This document shows, one piece after another, positions 1 through 9,710 of a DNA stretch of 64,000 bases (within the stretch, counting starts at the first letter, position 1; every line of letters starts with the position of its first letter). The stretch spans positions 576,001 through 640,000 of the forward strand of contig OZ220732.1 in the NCBI GenBank assembly GCA_965116905.1, written 5' to 3'. Below the pieces are notes generated by a model. It worked only from the letters and a program-made list of their open reading frames with translations, searched no databases and was not told the origin of the DNA. The position numbers were made by a program, and so were the translations under genes. This stretch comes from Longimicrobiales bacterium (GTDB lineage: Bacteria > Gemmatimonadota > Gemmatimonadetes > Longimicrobiales > Gaopeijiaceae).

Positions 1-120
1 CTAAGTGATGGTCGGACTTGGGGTAACGAATGTTCGTCCCACCAGCCGTGCCCGTTTGGAACGCGTCCGGGCCGGCAAGACCTGGAGGCCAGACCCAGCC
101 GTCGGCCGGGATGCCGCTGC

Positions 121-1410
121 TCATCGGCCCACCGCGCGCAGGAACGACTCGGCCATGAGCGAGCAGCCCCGGAGGCTGGCGCCCGGGGCGCGCCCGGCCA
201 GCTCGACGCTGCCGTCCGCGCTCGTGCAGCCGACGTCCTCGGTGAGGATGTGGCAGACGGAGCCCGCGTTCGCGAGATCGAAGTGGGCCAGCAGCCCGGG
301 CCTACCCGGCGGCAGTGGCAAGAGGGTGGCCGGGTCGAGCGCGCGCGTGCGCACCCAGGGAGGGAACCGGTGGCGACGCACGACCGCCGCGCCGGGGCCC
401 GCCACGTCACGTTCGGCCACGCCGGGGCCCGCCACGTCACGTTCGGCCACGCCGGGGCCCGCCACGCTGTCGTACGCCTGCGACAGGAGTTCCGTCATTC
501 CGTACTCGTTGACGATGCCGGACGCGGGAACGGACAGGACCCGTTCGACCCTCGCGTAGAGCGTGTCGCGGTCCACTTCGGCGATCCTCCCCTTGAAACC
601 GCCGGTCTCCATGATGCGGGAGCCGGGGGGCAGGGGCAGTCGCCGCGAGGCCAGCGCGTCCAGGAGATGGACGAGGGAGAAGGCCGTCGTCAGGAGCAGG
701 ACGGGATCCGGACCGCGGGCGGCGCTTCGCACCGAATCGATGTCGACTCCGGTCACGGGATCGAAGGCCCACACCGCGCCGGTGATCTCCGGCTCGTCCG
801 CGATAAACCCCGCCATGCGGGCGAGCGACGAATCGGTCGCGACCGCGGGATTCGGGATCAGCGACACCACCCGGATCCGGTCGACGCCCTTCAGCAGGTG
901 CCTTCTGTAGTTGCCGCGCGCGGCCGAGCGATAGAGGTCCAGGCTGGGTACATGGTGCTCGCCCCGCCCGCCCCGCCCGCCCCGGCTGCCCCGGCTGCCC
1001 CGGCCACCGCGGCCGCCGCTGGTCCCGCTCGTCCGGAACACCGCTTCCGCCGTGCCGCTGGTGATCGGTACGTCCCGGAATGCCATCACCGGGAGGGGTG
1101 GAACCTCGTGCCAGAAGGCGACGGCACCAGGGGCGGCGCCAGGGGCAGCGCCACCGGTGGGCGCCGTGTCCCAGAAGCGCCGCAGTATGGGATTCGACGC
1201 CCGCTGGATCGCGTGAATGCGCAGCGCCAGGCGGTTGAAAGCACGGTCGTCTGCCAGCTCGGCGGCGCTGGTTATCCCTGCGAGCCCGCCGGCACCTCGA
1301 CGGCCGGTGTCCTCACGGCCCCACCCACCGAACAGGGCGGCGAGTTCCCGCAGTAACTGCGCCATGGACGCGGTCGCGGTTGAACCGGAATGACCCGTCA
1401 TGTCTGTCAT
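121..1410 (-). CDS. LuxE/PaaK-like acyl-protein synthetase (ANL adenylate-forming family)
   Basis: Motifs FRTSGTSG (P-loop-like), METGGFKGR, NEYGMTELLSQ, DLAN..S...ILTEDVG and GRAPGASLRGCS are typical of LuxE-like proteins. Confidence 0.8.
   Translation of the reverse strand: MTDMTGHSGSTATASMAQLLRELAALFGGWGREDTGRRGAGGLAGITSAAELADDRAFNRLALRIHAIQRASNPILRRFWDTAPTGGAAPGAAPGAVAFWHEVPPLPVMAFRDVPITSGTAEAVFRTSGTSGGRGGRGSRGSRGGRGGRGEHHVPSLDLYRSAARGNYRRHLLKGVDRIRVVSLIPNPAVATDSSLARMAGFIADEPEITGAVWAFDPVTGVDIDSVRSAARGPDPVLLLTTAFSLVHLLDALASRRLPLPPGSRIMETGGFKGRIAEVDRDTLYARVERVLSVPASGIVNEYGMTELLSQAYDSVAGPGVAERDVAGPGVAERDVAGPGAAVVRRHRFPPWVRTRALDPATLLPLPPGRPGLLAHFDLANAGSVCHILTEDVGCTSADGSVELAGRAPGASLRGCSLMAESFLRAVGR
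391..466. repeat. In-frame 30-bp tandem repeat (~2.5 copies) inside the LuxE-like gene
   Basis: gccggggcccgccacgtcacgttcggccac at 391 and 421, partial copy at 451; encodes VAGPGVAERD repeats. Confidence 0.95.
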
Positions 1411-1437
1411 ATCCCGTCATTTCCCGCGCATTGTACC

Positions 1438-3126
1438 CTACCCGGCCCGACCCAGTCCACGAACCGCGCGGCCTCCCAGGTCCCCGGTCTGCTCCCCGTC
1501 GCGGATCGTGTGCACCCCCGAGACGACGACGTGCGCGATGCCTTCGGGGTACTGGTGCGGCTCGTCGAAGGTCGCGCGATCTCGCACGGTGTCGGGATCG
1601 AAGACGACGACATCGGCCACGGCGCCCTCTCTCAGCACGCCGCGGTCGCGGAACCCCAGCTTTCGCGCGGGCAGGCCCGACATCTTGTGCACGGCGCTCT
1701 CCAGGCTCAGGGCGCCCTGCTCGCGCACGTAATGGCCAAGCACCCTGGGGAAGCTGCCGTAGCCGCGCGGGTGCGGCGACGAGCGCGAGAGCGGGCCGTA
1801 GGGCGCAAAAGCACCGCCATCGGAACACACCATGCCGAGCGGGTGGGACAGCATGCGCGCCGTATTCTCTTCGGACATGCCGAATCCGATCATGCCCACG
1901 CTGCCGCCCGCGCCCCGCAGCAGTCTCACGGTGAGGTCGTAGGGATCCTCGCCGAGCTCGGCCGCCAGCTCGCCGAGCCGCCGCCCCCGCGCGGCCGCGT
2001 TGGCGCCGCCGATCCGGGTGATCTGCACGGCGTCCCAGGAGCCCAGCAGCGAGATCTTGTCCCTGCAGGCGCGTTCAAGCGCCGGGCCTTCATCCGGGTC
2101 GGCGAGCCGCGCCAGGAATCGTGCCGTGCCGCCGGCCCGCGCCGAGGCGGGGAAGAGGTTCGACAGGCCCGTGGCGTAGGCGACGTAGGGGTAACGGTCG
2201 AAGTGCACGTCCACGCCCGCCGCGCGCGCGGCCTCGATTGCCGCGAGAGCCGCGTCGGCCTTCCAGTGATTGCGCTCTCCCTGCGCCTTGAGGTGCGATA
2301 CCTGAACCGCGACCCCGGCCACGCGTCCTACGTGCACGGCCTCTTCGAGCGCGCCCAGCAGGCGGTCGTCCTCGTTGCGCATGTGCGAGGCGTATGGATA
2401 GATCGTGCCGCGAAGTTCGCCTGCGAGCGCCACCAGCTCGTCCCGGCCGGCGAAGCTGCCGGGGGTGTATTCCAGCCCGGTGGACAGCCCCACGGCGCCA
2501 CCCGACAGCCCTTCCCGCACGAGCGCGCGCATGCGCTCGATCTCGACCGGGGTCGCCGGACGGTCCGCGCTGCCCACGACGAGGCCGCGGATCGTGCCGT
2601 GCCCGACCATCGACGCCACGCTCACGGCCGGGCGCACGCGGTCCATCCGGTCCAGGAACCCGCCGACATCGCGGAAGTCGATGTCCACGTCGAAATCGCG
2701 CCGGTAGCGGTCGCGCGTGGACTCGAACGCGCCGTCGCTCCAGGGCCCGATCGACGAGCCGTCCTGGCCGACCACCTCCAGCGTGACGCCCTGCCGAATC
2801 CGGCTTTCGGCGCGAGGATTGACCAGGAGGGACAGATCCGCGTGGGAGTGGATGTCGATGAAGCCGGGCGCGACCGCCATTCCCCGGGCGTCGATCTCGA
2901 CCGCGCCCGTCTCGGCCACCTCGCCGACGGCCGTGATGCGGTCGCCATCGATGGCGATGTCCCCGGTGCGCGGCGGGCCTCCCGTGCCGTCGTAGAGGGT
3001 GCCGTGGCGGATCACCAGCGTCTGGCGGCTGCGGGTGGCCGCGACCCAGGGCGCGGCAGGCCGCCCGAGGCCTGCCAGCCCCGCCAGCCCGATCGCACCA
3101 CCCGCCAGGAATTCGCGTCGCTTCAC
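1438..3126 (-). CDS. Tat-exported N-acyl-D-amino-acid deacylase (D-aminoacylase family amidohydrolase)
   Basis: GTG start at 3126 overlaps the upstream stop (GTGA); twin-arginine signal KRREFL; PGFIDIHSH, HPRGYGSFPRVLG and ADVVVFDP motifs. Confidence 0.9.
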   Translation of the reverse strand: MKRREFLAGGAIGLAGLAGLGRPAAPWVAATRSRQTLVIRHGTLYDGTGGPPRTGDIAIDGDRITAVGEVAETGAVEIDARGMAVAPGFIDIHSHADLSLLVNPRAESRIRQGVTLEVVGQDGSSIGPWSDGAFESTRDRYRRDFDVDIDFRDVGGFLDRMDRVRPAVSVASMVGHGTIRGLVVGSADRPATPVEIERMRALVREGLSGGAVGLSTGLEYTPGSFAGRDELVALAGELRGTIYPYASHMRNEDDRLLGALEEAVHVGRVAGVAVQVSHLKAQGERNHWKADAALAAIEAARAAGVDVHFDRYPYVAYATGLSNLFPASARAGGTARFLARLADPDEGPALERACRDKISLLGSWDAVQITRIGGANAAARGRRLGELAAELGEDPYDLTVRLLRGAGGSVGMIGFGMSEENTARMLSHPLGMVCSDGGAFAPYGPLSRSSPHPRGYGSFPRVLGHYVREQGALSLESAVHKMSGLPARKLGFRDRGVLREGAVADVVVFDPDTVRDRATFDEPHQYPEGIAHVVVSGVHTIRDGEQTGDLGGRAVRGLGRAG

Positions 3127-3410
3127 GTCCCGTCGCTCCTCATGGTCGCTCTTCCTCCAACCCCCAACCTGCCCGGCGTGATCCCGCCCGACCGCAGAAT
3201 CTTGAGCTGCTGCCGCGCCTGCTCGCGCTTCACCATTTCGACGACGGAAGCGAGGTGGTCTTCCATTTCCGCGTAGTCGTCGCCCGGAAAGCCGTCGGCT
3301 TCGGACTGCTCGAGGGCCTCGCGGAGCCCGCGGATCTCCCGCCGGGCCTTTTCGAGGGCCCGTTGGAGTCGGTTCAGTGCTCGGCGGATGTCGGCGTCGG
3401 GTGTCTTCAT
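3123..3410 (-). CDS. Small helical/coiled-coil hypothetical protein (95 aa)
   Basis: MKTPDADIRRALNRLQ...; ATGA overlap with the vapC stop and GTGA overlap with the downstream gene indicate translational coupling. Confidence 0.7.
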   Translation of the reverse strand: MKTPDADIRRALNRLQRALEKARREIRGLREALEQSEADGFPGDDYAEMEDHLASVVEMVKREQARQQLKILRSGGITPGRLGVGGRATMRSDGT

Positions 3411-3826
3411 GGCATGCAGGGTTGCGCGGACGGATCGAGCACCGCCACGCCCGTGGGCTCGAAATGTCGCACATCGCGGGTGACGACCGTCAACCCGTGC
3501 TCCAGTGCAGTCGCGGCGATGAGCAGATCGGCGCTGTCGTGCCGGTGCCCCCCGGTCAGGAGGCCCCAGCGGCGGGCGACCGACGTGTCGATGGGCAGGA
3601 CGCGATCGGCATACAGGCGGACGAAGTTGTCCAGCCACGCGCCCAGCCGGTCGGCGAACCCGGGATCGCGCGTGCGCTCCCTGGCGATGCCGCGCTCGAT
3701 CTCGCCTACGGTCACGACGCTCAGGTAGAGGTCGGCGGCGCGCTGAGCCGAAACCCATGCCACGATATCGGGATTGCGGCCGGGTCGGCGGAGCGCCGAA
3801 AGGACATCGGTATCGATCAGGTACAT
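3407..3826 (-). CDS. vapC: Type II TA toxin, VapC/PIN domain
   Basis: MYLIDTDVLS..., SVVTVGEIERG and DLLIAATALEHGLTVVTRDVRHF supply the PIN acidic residues. Confidence 0.92.
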   Translation of the reverse strand: MYLIDTDVLSALRRPGRNPDIVAWVSAQRAADLYLSVVTVGEIERGIARERTRDPGFADRLGAWLDNFVRLYADRVLPIDTSVARRWGLLTGGHRHDSADLLIAATALEHGLTVVTRDVRHFEPTGVAVLDPSAQPCMP

Positions 3827-3914
3827 GCGGATTGCCCGTGGGCGCGGGACGAGGCCGATCGTCCGGCCCGGACGCATCGCCGCTCGAATGCCTGGGGGAT
3901 TCTGTCCACGGCAG

Positions 3915-4169
3915 TTACAGGTCCACCGGCCGGGGCCTCGCGGTCAGCCGCCGCAACCCGGGGCCGCCCTGCGGGATGGCCAGCAGCAGATCCTGGAGCG
4001 AAGGCGCGTTGGCGTCCTCCAGGCGCTGCAGGCGCTCGTAGTCGGCAGTCGCCAGCACGACGACCGCGGGCTTTCCGTGACGGGTCACGCGCTGCGGATA
4101 CCCGGCCATGGCCTCGCGGACGACGGCGCTGAAGCGGTTCTTGGCATCCTGGAGCTTCCAGTCGGTCAT
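3915..4169 (-). CDS. Type II TA antitoxin, Phd/YefM family
   Basis: WKLQDAKNRFSAVV...PQRVTRHGKPAVVVL signature; lies upstream of vapC. Confidence 0.92.
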   Translation of the reverse strand: MTDWKLQDAKNRFSAVVREAMAGYPQRVTRHGKPAVVVLATADYERLQRLEDANAPSLQDLLLAIPQGGPGLRRLTARPRPVDL

Positions 4170-4347
4170 GGGTGGGGCTCCATTTTATGGACAGATTATC
4201 AGGCTAGATGAATTTACTGGCCAGATTGATCCTGTCAAGTGGAGGCACACGAGCCACACGAGTCTGGACGCGGGGACAGCGTGAGAGTACCTCTTTACTA
4301 GCCTGTCGTGCGCCCTCCACGGGTTGCCGCCGCGGGCTGCTCGAGCC

Positions 4348-4373
4348 GCAGTAACCAGGAGCAGTAACCAGGA
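4348..4373. repeat. 13-bp direct tandem repeat just upstream of the amidohydrolase operon RBS
   Basis: gcagtaaccagga x2 (4348-4360, 4361-4373), followed by GGAGGA. Confidence 0.85.
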
Positions 4374-4391
4374 CGATGGAGGAATGACCCG

Positions 4392-5912
4392 TTGAACGCA
4401 TCAAGGTACATCCGGGGTTGCATGGTGGCCGCCGTGGCCGTCGTGGCCGCCTCCGCCGTCGCTCTCGCCCTGCCCGCCCCGGCCGCTGCGCAGGAGATCT
4501 ACGACATCGTGCTGGCGGGCGGACGCGTGATGGACCCGGAGACGGGCCTGGACGCGGTTCGAAACGTGGGCATCAACGGCTCCACGATCGCGGCCGTCTC
4601 GGAAGAGGCGCTCGACGGCGAGGTGGTGGTGGACGTCACCGGCCTGGTGGTATCGCCCGGGTTCATCGATCTCCACGCGCACGGCCAGACCAACCGCGCG
4701 AACGAGTTCCAGGCCCGGGACGGCGTCACGACGGCGCTTGAGCTGGAGAGCGGGGTGGGCAAGCCCGCGGCCTTCCTCGCCGAACGCGGCAAGGGGGCGA
4801 TCCTGAACTTCGGCGCCACGGTGTCGCACATGACCGTGCGCACGCTGGCGATGCCGGACAAGCGTGAAGATGTGCATCGGGCACTCATGGCGGTCGAGGA
4901 CAACGCGGGGATCGCGCTGCGGGGGCTGGAATGGATCGCTTCGGCAGCCCGATACGACCCGGTCCTGCCCGACGACTACCCGGCGCTCCACGACGCCCTC
5001 GCCCAGGGACTCGCCGAAGGAGCACTCGGGATCGGGATGGCCCACCAGTACTACCCGGGCGCGTCGCTGGAGGAGATCCTGGAGGTCTTCCGGTTCGCGT
5101 CGGAGACGAATACCACGATCTACACCCACGTGCGCGACATGGCGATCAGCGCGATTCAGGAAGTCATCGCCAACGCGGTGGCGACGGGCGCATCCCTGCA
5201 CATCGTCCACATGAACAGCTCCAGCCTCTGGAACGTGACGCCGGTGCTGCAGCTGATCGGGGGCGCACAGAGCCGGGGCTTCGACATCACGACCGAGGCC
5301 TACCCCTACACCGGGGCCTCCACCGGCCTCCAGTCCGCAATCTTCGACCCCGGCTGGCAGGACAAGCTGCGGATCGGCTACGGGGACCTGCAGTGGCAGG
5401 ACACCGGTGAGCGGCTGACCGAGGAGACGTTCAACGGCTATCGGGCGAGCGGCGGCACGGTCATCATCCACATGATGAGGGAGGAGTGGATCCGTGAAGC
5501 GCTGGCCACCGACTTCGTGATGGTCGCGTCCGACGGGATGCCCTACGCGCCCGGCGCGCACCCCCGCAGCGCAGGCACCTTCTCGCGTTTCCTGGGCCGC
5601 TACGTGCGTGACGAGGGGCTGATGCCGCTAATGGAGGGCCTCGCCAGGATCACGATCATGCCGGCGAAGCGGCTGGAAGGGATGACAGATCAGGCGTCCA
5701 TGATGGGACGTTTGCAGGCGGGCGCGACGGCGGACATCACCGTGTTCGACCCGCAGACCATCATCGACACCGCGACCTTCGAGGAGGATCTGTCCTACTC
5801 GGAGGGCGTCGCCCACGTGCTCGTGAACGGGGAGTTCGTCGTGCGCGACGGGGAGAATGTTCCGGATGCGATGCCGGGGACGGCGATCGTCGGAAGAGGG
5901 GCGGGCGAATGA
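4392..5912 (+). CDS. Secreted amidohydrolase (D-aminoacylase/D-glutamate deacylase-like)
   Basis: Signal peptide ending AAAQ; SPGFIDLHAH, HPRSAGTFSRFLG, ADITVFDP. TTG start after GGAGGA (start could be the ATG at 4422). Confidence 0.88.
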   Translation: MNASRYIRGCMVAAVAVVAASAVALALPAPAAAQEIYDIVLAGGRVMDPETGLDAVRNVGINGSTIAAVSEEALDGEVVVDVTGLVVSPGFIDLHAHGQTNRANEFQARDGVTTALELESGVGKPAAFLAERGKGAILNFGATVSHMTVRTLAMPDKREDVHRALMAVEDNAGIALRGLEWIASAARYDPVLPDDYPALHDALAQGLAEGALGIGMAHQYYPGASLEEILEVFRFASETNTTIYTHVRDMAISAIQEVIANAVATGASLHIVHMNSSSLWNVTPVLQLIGGAQSRGFDITTEAYPYTGASTGLQSAIFDPGWQDKLRIGYGDLQWQDTGERLTEETFNGYRASGGTVIIHMMREEWIREALATDFVMVASDGMPYAPGAHPRSAGTFSRFLGRYVRDEGLMPLMEGLARITIMPAKRLEGMTDQASMMGRLQAGATADITVFDPQTIIDTATFEEDLSYSEGVAHVLVNGEFVVRDGENVPDAMPGTAIVGRGAGE

Positions 5913-7681
5913 GCACCCCGCGACCGAACCGGCGGCGCGGCGCCGTGCACCCGCTGCTTCTTGCGGCTGCGCTGGCCGTCGGGACCGCGGCAGGGGCAGC
6001 GCCGCTGGCGGGCCAGGATTACGACGTGATTATCCGTGGCGGGCGGGTGCTCGACGGGACCGGCAACGACTGGTTCACCGCCGACATCGCCATCGACGGC
6101 GACGAGATCGTGCGGATCGGCCGCATGCCGAACGCCACGGCCGCGCGCGAGATCGACGCCACCGGCATGTACGTCTCGCCCGGGTTCATCGACCTGCATT
6201 CGCACAGCGATCAGGCGATGACGTCGGACCATCTTGAGGCGCGCCGGGCCAAGAGCCTCAACAGCCAGGGGCTGACGACGGTGATCGGGGGGCCGGACGG
6301 GCGCAACGCAAGGTGGCCGCTGTCGGCGGAGATCGAGGCGCTTCGGGATCGGGGCCACGCCATGAATTTCGTGCCGATGGTGGGTCACAGTACCGTTCGC
6401 AATGCGGTGATGGGGAATGACTACGAACGCCCCGCCACGGCTCGCGAGGTCGCGCGCATGCAGGAACTGGTGCGGCAGGGGATGGAGGCCGGCGCGTGGG
6501 GGCTCGGGGCGGGGATCGAGTACAGGCCCGCGCGCTTCAGCACCCCCGACGAGGTGATCGCGCTGGCGTCCGAGGTGGCGCCGTACGACGGGTTCTACGT
6601 GGCGCACCAGCGCAGCGAGGCCACGATGCCGCTATGGCAGCTCCCCAGCAACGTGGACGACTGGCCGGTCGACGGGCTGCAGGGCCTCCGGGAGACGATC
6701 AACATCGCGCGCGAGACGGGGATTCGCGTGGTGGCGAGCCATCACAAGGCGCGCGGGCGCTCCAGCTTCGGCCGCTCGGGCCACGACACGCTGGTGGTGA
6801 ACGCGGCCCGGGACGAGGGGCTCGAGATCTACCTGGACGTCTACCCGTACGAGACCTTCGGGGGCGGTGCGCGTCCGATGATCCCGCGGTGGAGCCTGGT
6901 GGCCGACAGCGTGGACACGAGCGGCGGCCGCGACAGCCCCGCGTACTATGCGGTGGGGATCTTCAGCGACGCGCAGGCGCACCTGGCGCGGCGGTGGGAC
7001 GATCCCGAGACCCGTACGCGCATCGCGCGGGACATCGCGTGGATCGTGGACCACAACGGCGGCGAGGACCGGGTGGTGGTGGTGGACTATCCCGACGCCG
7101 CGTTCGTGGGGAAGACGCTCACCGAGCTGGCCGGGGAGATGGGCGTGACCTTCCAGGAGGTCGTGGTCCACATGGCCCTCAACGGGTACCCGGACGTGAT
7201 CGGTGGGGCCTGGACCCGGGGATACGGCATTCATGATGTCGACGTCATCAACTACTACAAACAGGAGTACACGGCGACGGCCTCGGACGCCGGTGTGAGC
7301 GGGGTCGCGGGCGTGCCGCAGTTCGCATCGCGGCCCGGTGCGCATCCGCGGCATTTCGGCGCCTTCACGCGCAAGATCGCGCACTACGTGAAGGATCTGC
7401 AGGCGATTTCGCTGCCCTTCGCCGTCCGTTCGATGACCGGACTGCCGGCGCGGATCATCGGACTGCCGGACCGCGGCCTGCTGCGCGAGGGGTACAAGGC
7501 GGACATCGTGATCTTCGACTACGGGCGGCTGCGGGACCGCGCGACCGTGCTGGAGCCCGACCTGTACAGCGAGGGCGTGGACTACGTGATGGTCAACGGC
7601 GTGCTGACGATCGACAATGGCGAGTTCACGGACGCGCTGCCCGGCGAGGTGGTGCTGCGGGGCAGCCGGCCGGTCAGCTGA
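5909..7681 (+). CDS. Secreted D-aminoacylase-family amidohydrolase
   Basis: ATGA overlap with the previous gene; signal peptide; SPGFIDLHSH, HPRHFGAF, ADIVIFD. Confidence 0.9.
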   Translation: MSTPRPNRRRGAVHPLLLAAALAVGTAAGAAPLAGQDYDVIIRGGRVLDGTGNDWFTADIAIDGDEIVRIGRMPNATAAREIDATGMYVSPGFIDLHSHSDQAMTSDHLEARRAKSLNSQGLTTVIGGPDGRNARWPLSAEIEALRDRGHAMNFVPMVGHSTVRNAVMGNDYERPATAREVARMQELVRQGMEAGAWGLGAGIEYRPARFSTPDEVIALASEVAPYDGFYVAHQRSEATMPLWQLPSNVDDWPVDGLQGLRETINIARETGIRVVASHHKARGRSSFGRSGHDTLVVNAARDEGLEIYLDVYPYETFGGGARPMIPRWSLVADSVDTSGGRDSPAYYAVGIFSDAQAHLARRWDDPETRTRIARDIAWIVDHNGGEDRVVVVDYPDAAFVGKTLTELAGEMGVTFQEVVVHMALNGYPDVIGGAWTRGYGIHDVDVINYYKQEYTATASDAGVSGVAGVPQFASRPGAHPRHFGAFTRKIAHYVKDLQAISLPFAVRSMTGLPARIIGLPDRGLLREGYKADIVIFDYGRLRDRATVLEPDLYSEGVDYVMVNGVLTIDNGEFTDALPGEVVLRGSRPVS

Positions 7682-7697
7682 AGCCGGGGCGGGCGAA

Positions 7698-8795
7698 GTG
7701 AGTTCGGGGCCGGAGGCCGATCCGCTTGACCTCGTCATTGTCGGGGCCGGGCCGTGTGGGCTGGCTGCGGCGGTGGCGGCCAAGGAGAGTGGGCTGCGCC
7801 ATGTCGTGCTCGACCGCGGGTGCATTACCGAGTCGCTGACGCACTACCCCTACTACATGACGTTCTTCTCCACGGCCGAGCGACTGGAGATCGGGGGCGT
7901 GCCGTTCACGATCCCGGACCCCAAGCCGACGCGGCGAGAGGCGCTGGCGTACTATCGGCAAGTGGTCGCGCACCATGGATTGAGGGTGCGGCAGTATGAG
8001 GAGGTGACGGAGGTTGTGCGCCGGGATGGGGACGAGTCGGAGCGCTCTGGGTTCGTCGTGCGCACGCGCGGCCGCGACGGGCGGGAGGGCGCGCTGTTTG
8101 CGCGGGCCGTGGTCATCGCCACCGGTGGCTTCGGCGAGCCCAACCGCCTCGAACTGGAAGGCGGCGATCCGGAGGGGCGCGTCATCCACTACTACAAGGA
8201 TCCCTATCCCTTCTTCGACCAGGACGTGACGGTCGTCGGGGGCGGCAATTCGGCGGTGGAAGTCGCGCTGGAGCTGTACCGAAACGGGGTGCGGGTGCGG
8301 ATGGTGCACTTCCTGGACGTCTTCGACCGGGGCGTGAAGCCGTGGGTCCGGCCCGACATCGAGAACCGGATCGCGAGCGGCGAGATCCCGATGCACTGGG
8401 GTTCGCGGGTGGCGCGGCTGGGGCCGGGGACGGCCATGATCGTGCGCAAGGGCGGCGGCGAGGCCACGGAGGTCGCGAACGACTGGGTGCTGGCCATGAC
8501 CGGGTGGCGTCCGAACCGGACTCTGCTGCACGGCCTCGGTGTGGAGACCGATCCCGAGACCGGCATCCCGGAGCACGACCCGGCCACCATGGAGACGAAT
8601 GTTCCGGGCGTGTACATCGCCGGGGTGATCGCGGCGGGCTTCAACGCGAACAAGATCTTCATCGAGAACGGGCGGGAACACGGTGGGCTGATCGCGGGGC
8701 ATCTGGCGGGGCTGGGGCTCGATCTTGCCGGGGGCTTTCCCGGGCCGGAGGACTTGTCCACGAATCCCGAATACATGCGCGGATTCGGTCATTGA
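7698..8795 (+). CDS. ypdA: YpdA-family FAD/NADPH oxidoreductase (putative bacillithiol disulfide reductase)
   Basis: GAGPCGL, YPYYMTFFSTAERLEIG, KPTRREALAYY, GGGNSA and FIENGREHG motifs; GTG start at 7698 is inferred. Confidence 0.85.
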   Translation: MSSGPEADPLDLVIVGAGPCGLAAAVAAKESGLRHVVLDRGCITESLTHYPYYMTFFSTAERLEIGGVPFTIPDPKPTRREALAYYRQVVAHHGLRVRQYEEVTEVVRRDGDESERSGFVVRTRGRDGREGALFARAVVIATGGFGEPNRLELEGGDPEGRVIHYYKDPYPFFDQDVTVVGGGNSAVEVALELYRNGVRVRMVHFLDVFDRGVKPWVRPDIENRIASGEIPMHWGSRVARLGPGTAMIVRKGGGEATEVANDWVLAMTGWRPNRTLLHGLGVETDPETGIPEHDPATMETNVPGVYIAGVIAAGFNANKIFIENGREHGGLIAGHLAGLGLDLAGGFPGPEDLSTNPEYMRGFGH

Positions 8796-8976
8796 CACGG
8801 CGGGACATCTCAGTGGGACTCGCTGGTGGTCGCGCTTGCCGAAGAGCTTGACGTGGAACTGCGGGTCGGGTTGCACCCCCCCCCACGCCTGGCATTAGAG
8901 GTGGCCGACGCCACCGCAGCCCCCCGGGTCCCGGGACAGTCCGTTGATGGACCCCCGGGGGGCCGCGGCGGGCGAC

Positions 8977-9453
8977 CTACCTCAGCGGAACCTCCAGGCC
9001 GATCCTAAGCACGCGGTGGCCGGACAGGATGACGCCTCCGGTGCAGCAGTTGCGGTCGGGCACGAGGCCATACACGAATGCCACCTCCGCGCCGACGGGA
9101 TAGTCGCGTCCCCGCACGCTCAGGCCGACCAACGCGCCAACGTCCGGATAGTCATTGTAGCTGAAGGCGGGGCCCGCCGTGAGAGTGATGTCACCGAGCC
9201 GGCGCTTATAGAGCACGGGTACTTCGATCGAATGCACCCGGTAGCTCCCGCTCCCCCTCTGGACATAGAGGGCGCCGAGGTGAAAGTGGTCGCGCACGTC
9301 GAATGACAAGCCGCCGTAGAAGCCTCTTATCGTGTCCTCCCACACGGGGTCGTGAAGGGACGCGAGGGCGAGGCCGAAATGAACCCTTCCACTCTGTGCG
9401 GCTGCCGGTACGGCTGCCAGGGCCATCATGAGAACCGCCAGTAGTGTGCGCAT
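8977..9453 (-). CDS. Small secreted outer-membrane beta-barrel-like protein (PorT/OmpA-like)
   Basis: Signal peptide MRTLLAVLMMALAAVPAAAQ; alternating beta-strand pattern (LYVQRG, IEVPVLYK, LTAGPAF); C-terminal strand LRIGLEVPLR. Confidence 0.65.
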   Translation of the reverse strand: MRTLLAVLMMALAAVPAAAQSGRVHFGLALASLHDPVWEDTIRGFYGGLSFDVRDHFHLGALYVQRGSGSYRVHSIEVPVLYKRRLGDITLTAGPAFSYNDYPDVGALVGLSVRGRDYPVGAEVAFVYGLVPDRNCCTGGVILSGHRVLRIGLEVPLR

Positions 9454-9455
9454 TG

Positions 9456-9655
9456 TCACCCCACGTTCTGAATCCATGTCTTGCGGATGTCGTCTGCATT
9501 CCATCCCGACGGCCGTGTAGAACTCGGGTTCCGCGGCGCGTTCAGGCCGGGAAACCGGATTCGGTGGACCATGGTATCGACCCGGTTCTCCAGGCACCAT
9601 ACGAAGTCGGCGGTGTCGTTGCGCTTGCCGTCAGAGTTGCGGCACGTCTTGAACA
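9456..9655 (-). pseudogene. 3'-terminal remnant of a paralog of the 59536-61260 zinc-protease lipoprotein
   Basis: FKTCRNSDGKRNDTADFVWCLENRV...PSGWNADDIRKTWIQNVG* aligns with LRTCRVDGSKRNDVSDFVWCLENRV...PSDWDADDIRRTWIQNVGY*. Confidence 0.85.
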
Positions 9656-9710
9656 ATGGCAGCGGCCGGAACACGCGCGACCGATCGCGGGTAGTCTGGA
9701 CATGGTGAGA

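Noticed and set aside
121..1410. Bioluminescence operon
   Set aside because: Only a LuxE-like gene is present; no luxA/B/C/D in the window, and such genes are common in non-luminous bacteria.
3827..3914. Unusual 88-nt gap between Phd and VapC, possibly an insertion
   Set aside because: No repeats or recognisable element; VapC may simply start further upstream.
8796..8870. WDSLVVALAEELDVEL after the ypdA stop resembles a PIN-domain C-terminus
   Set aside because: Too short to support; no upstream PIN motifs found.
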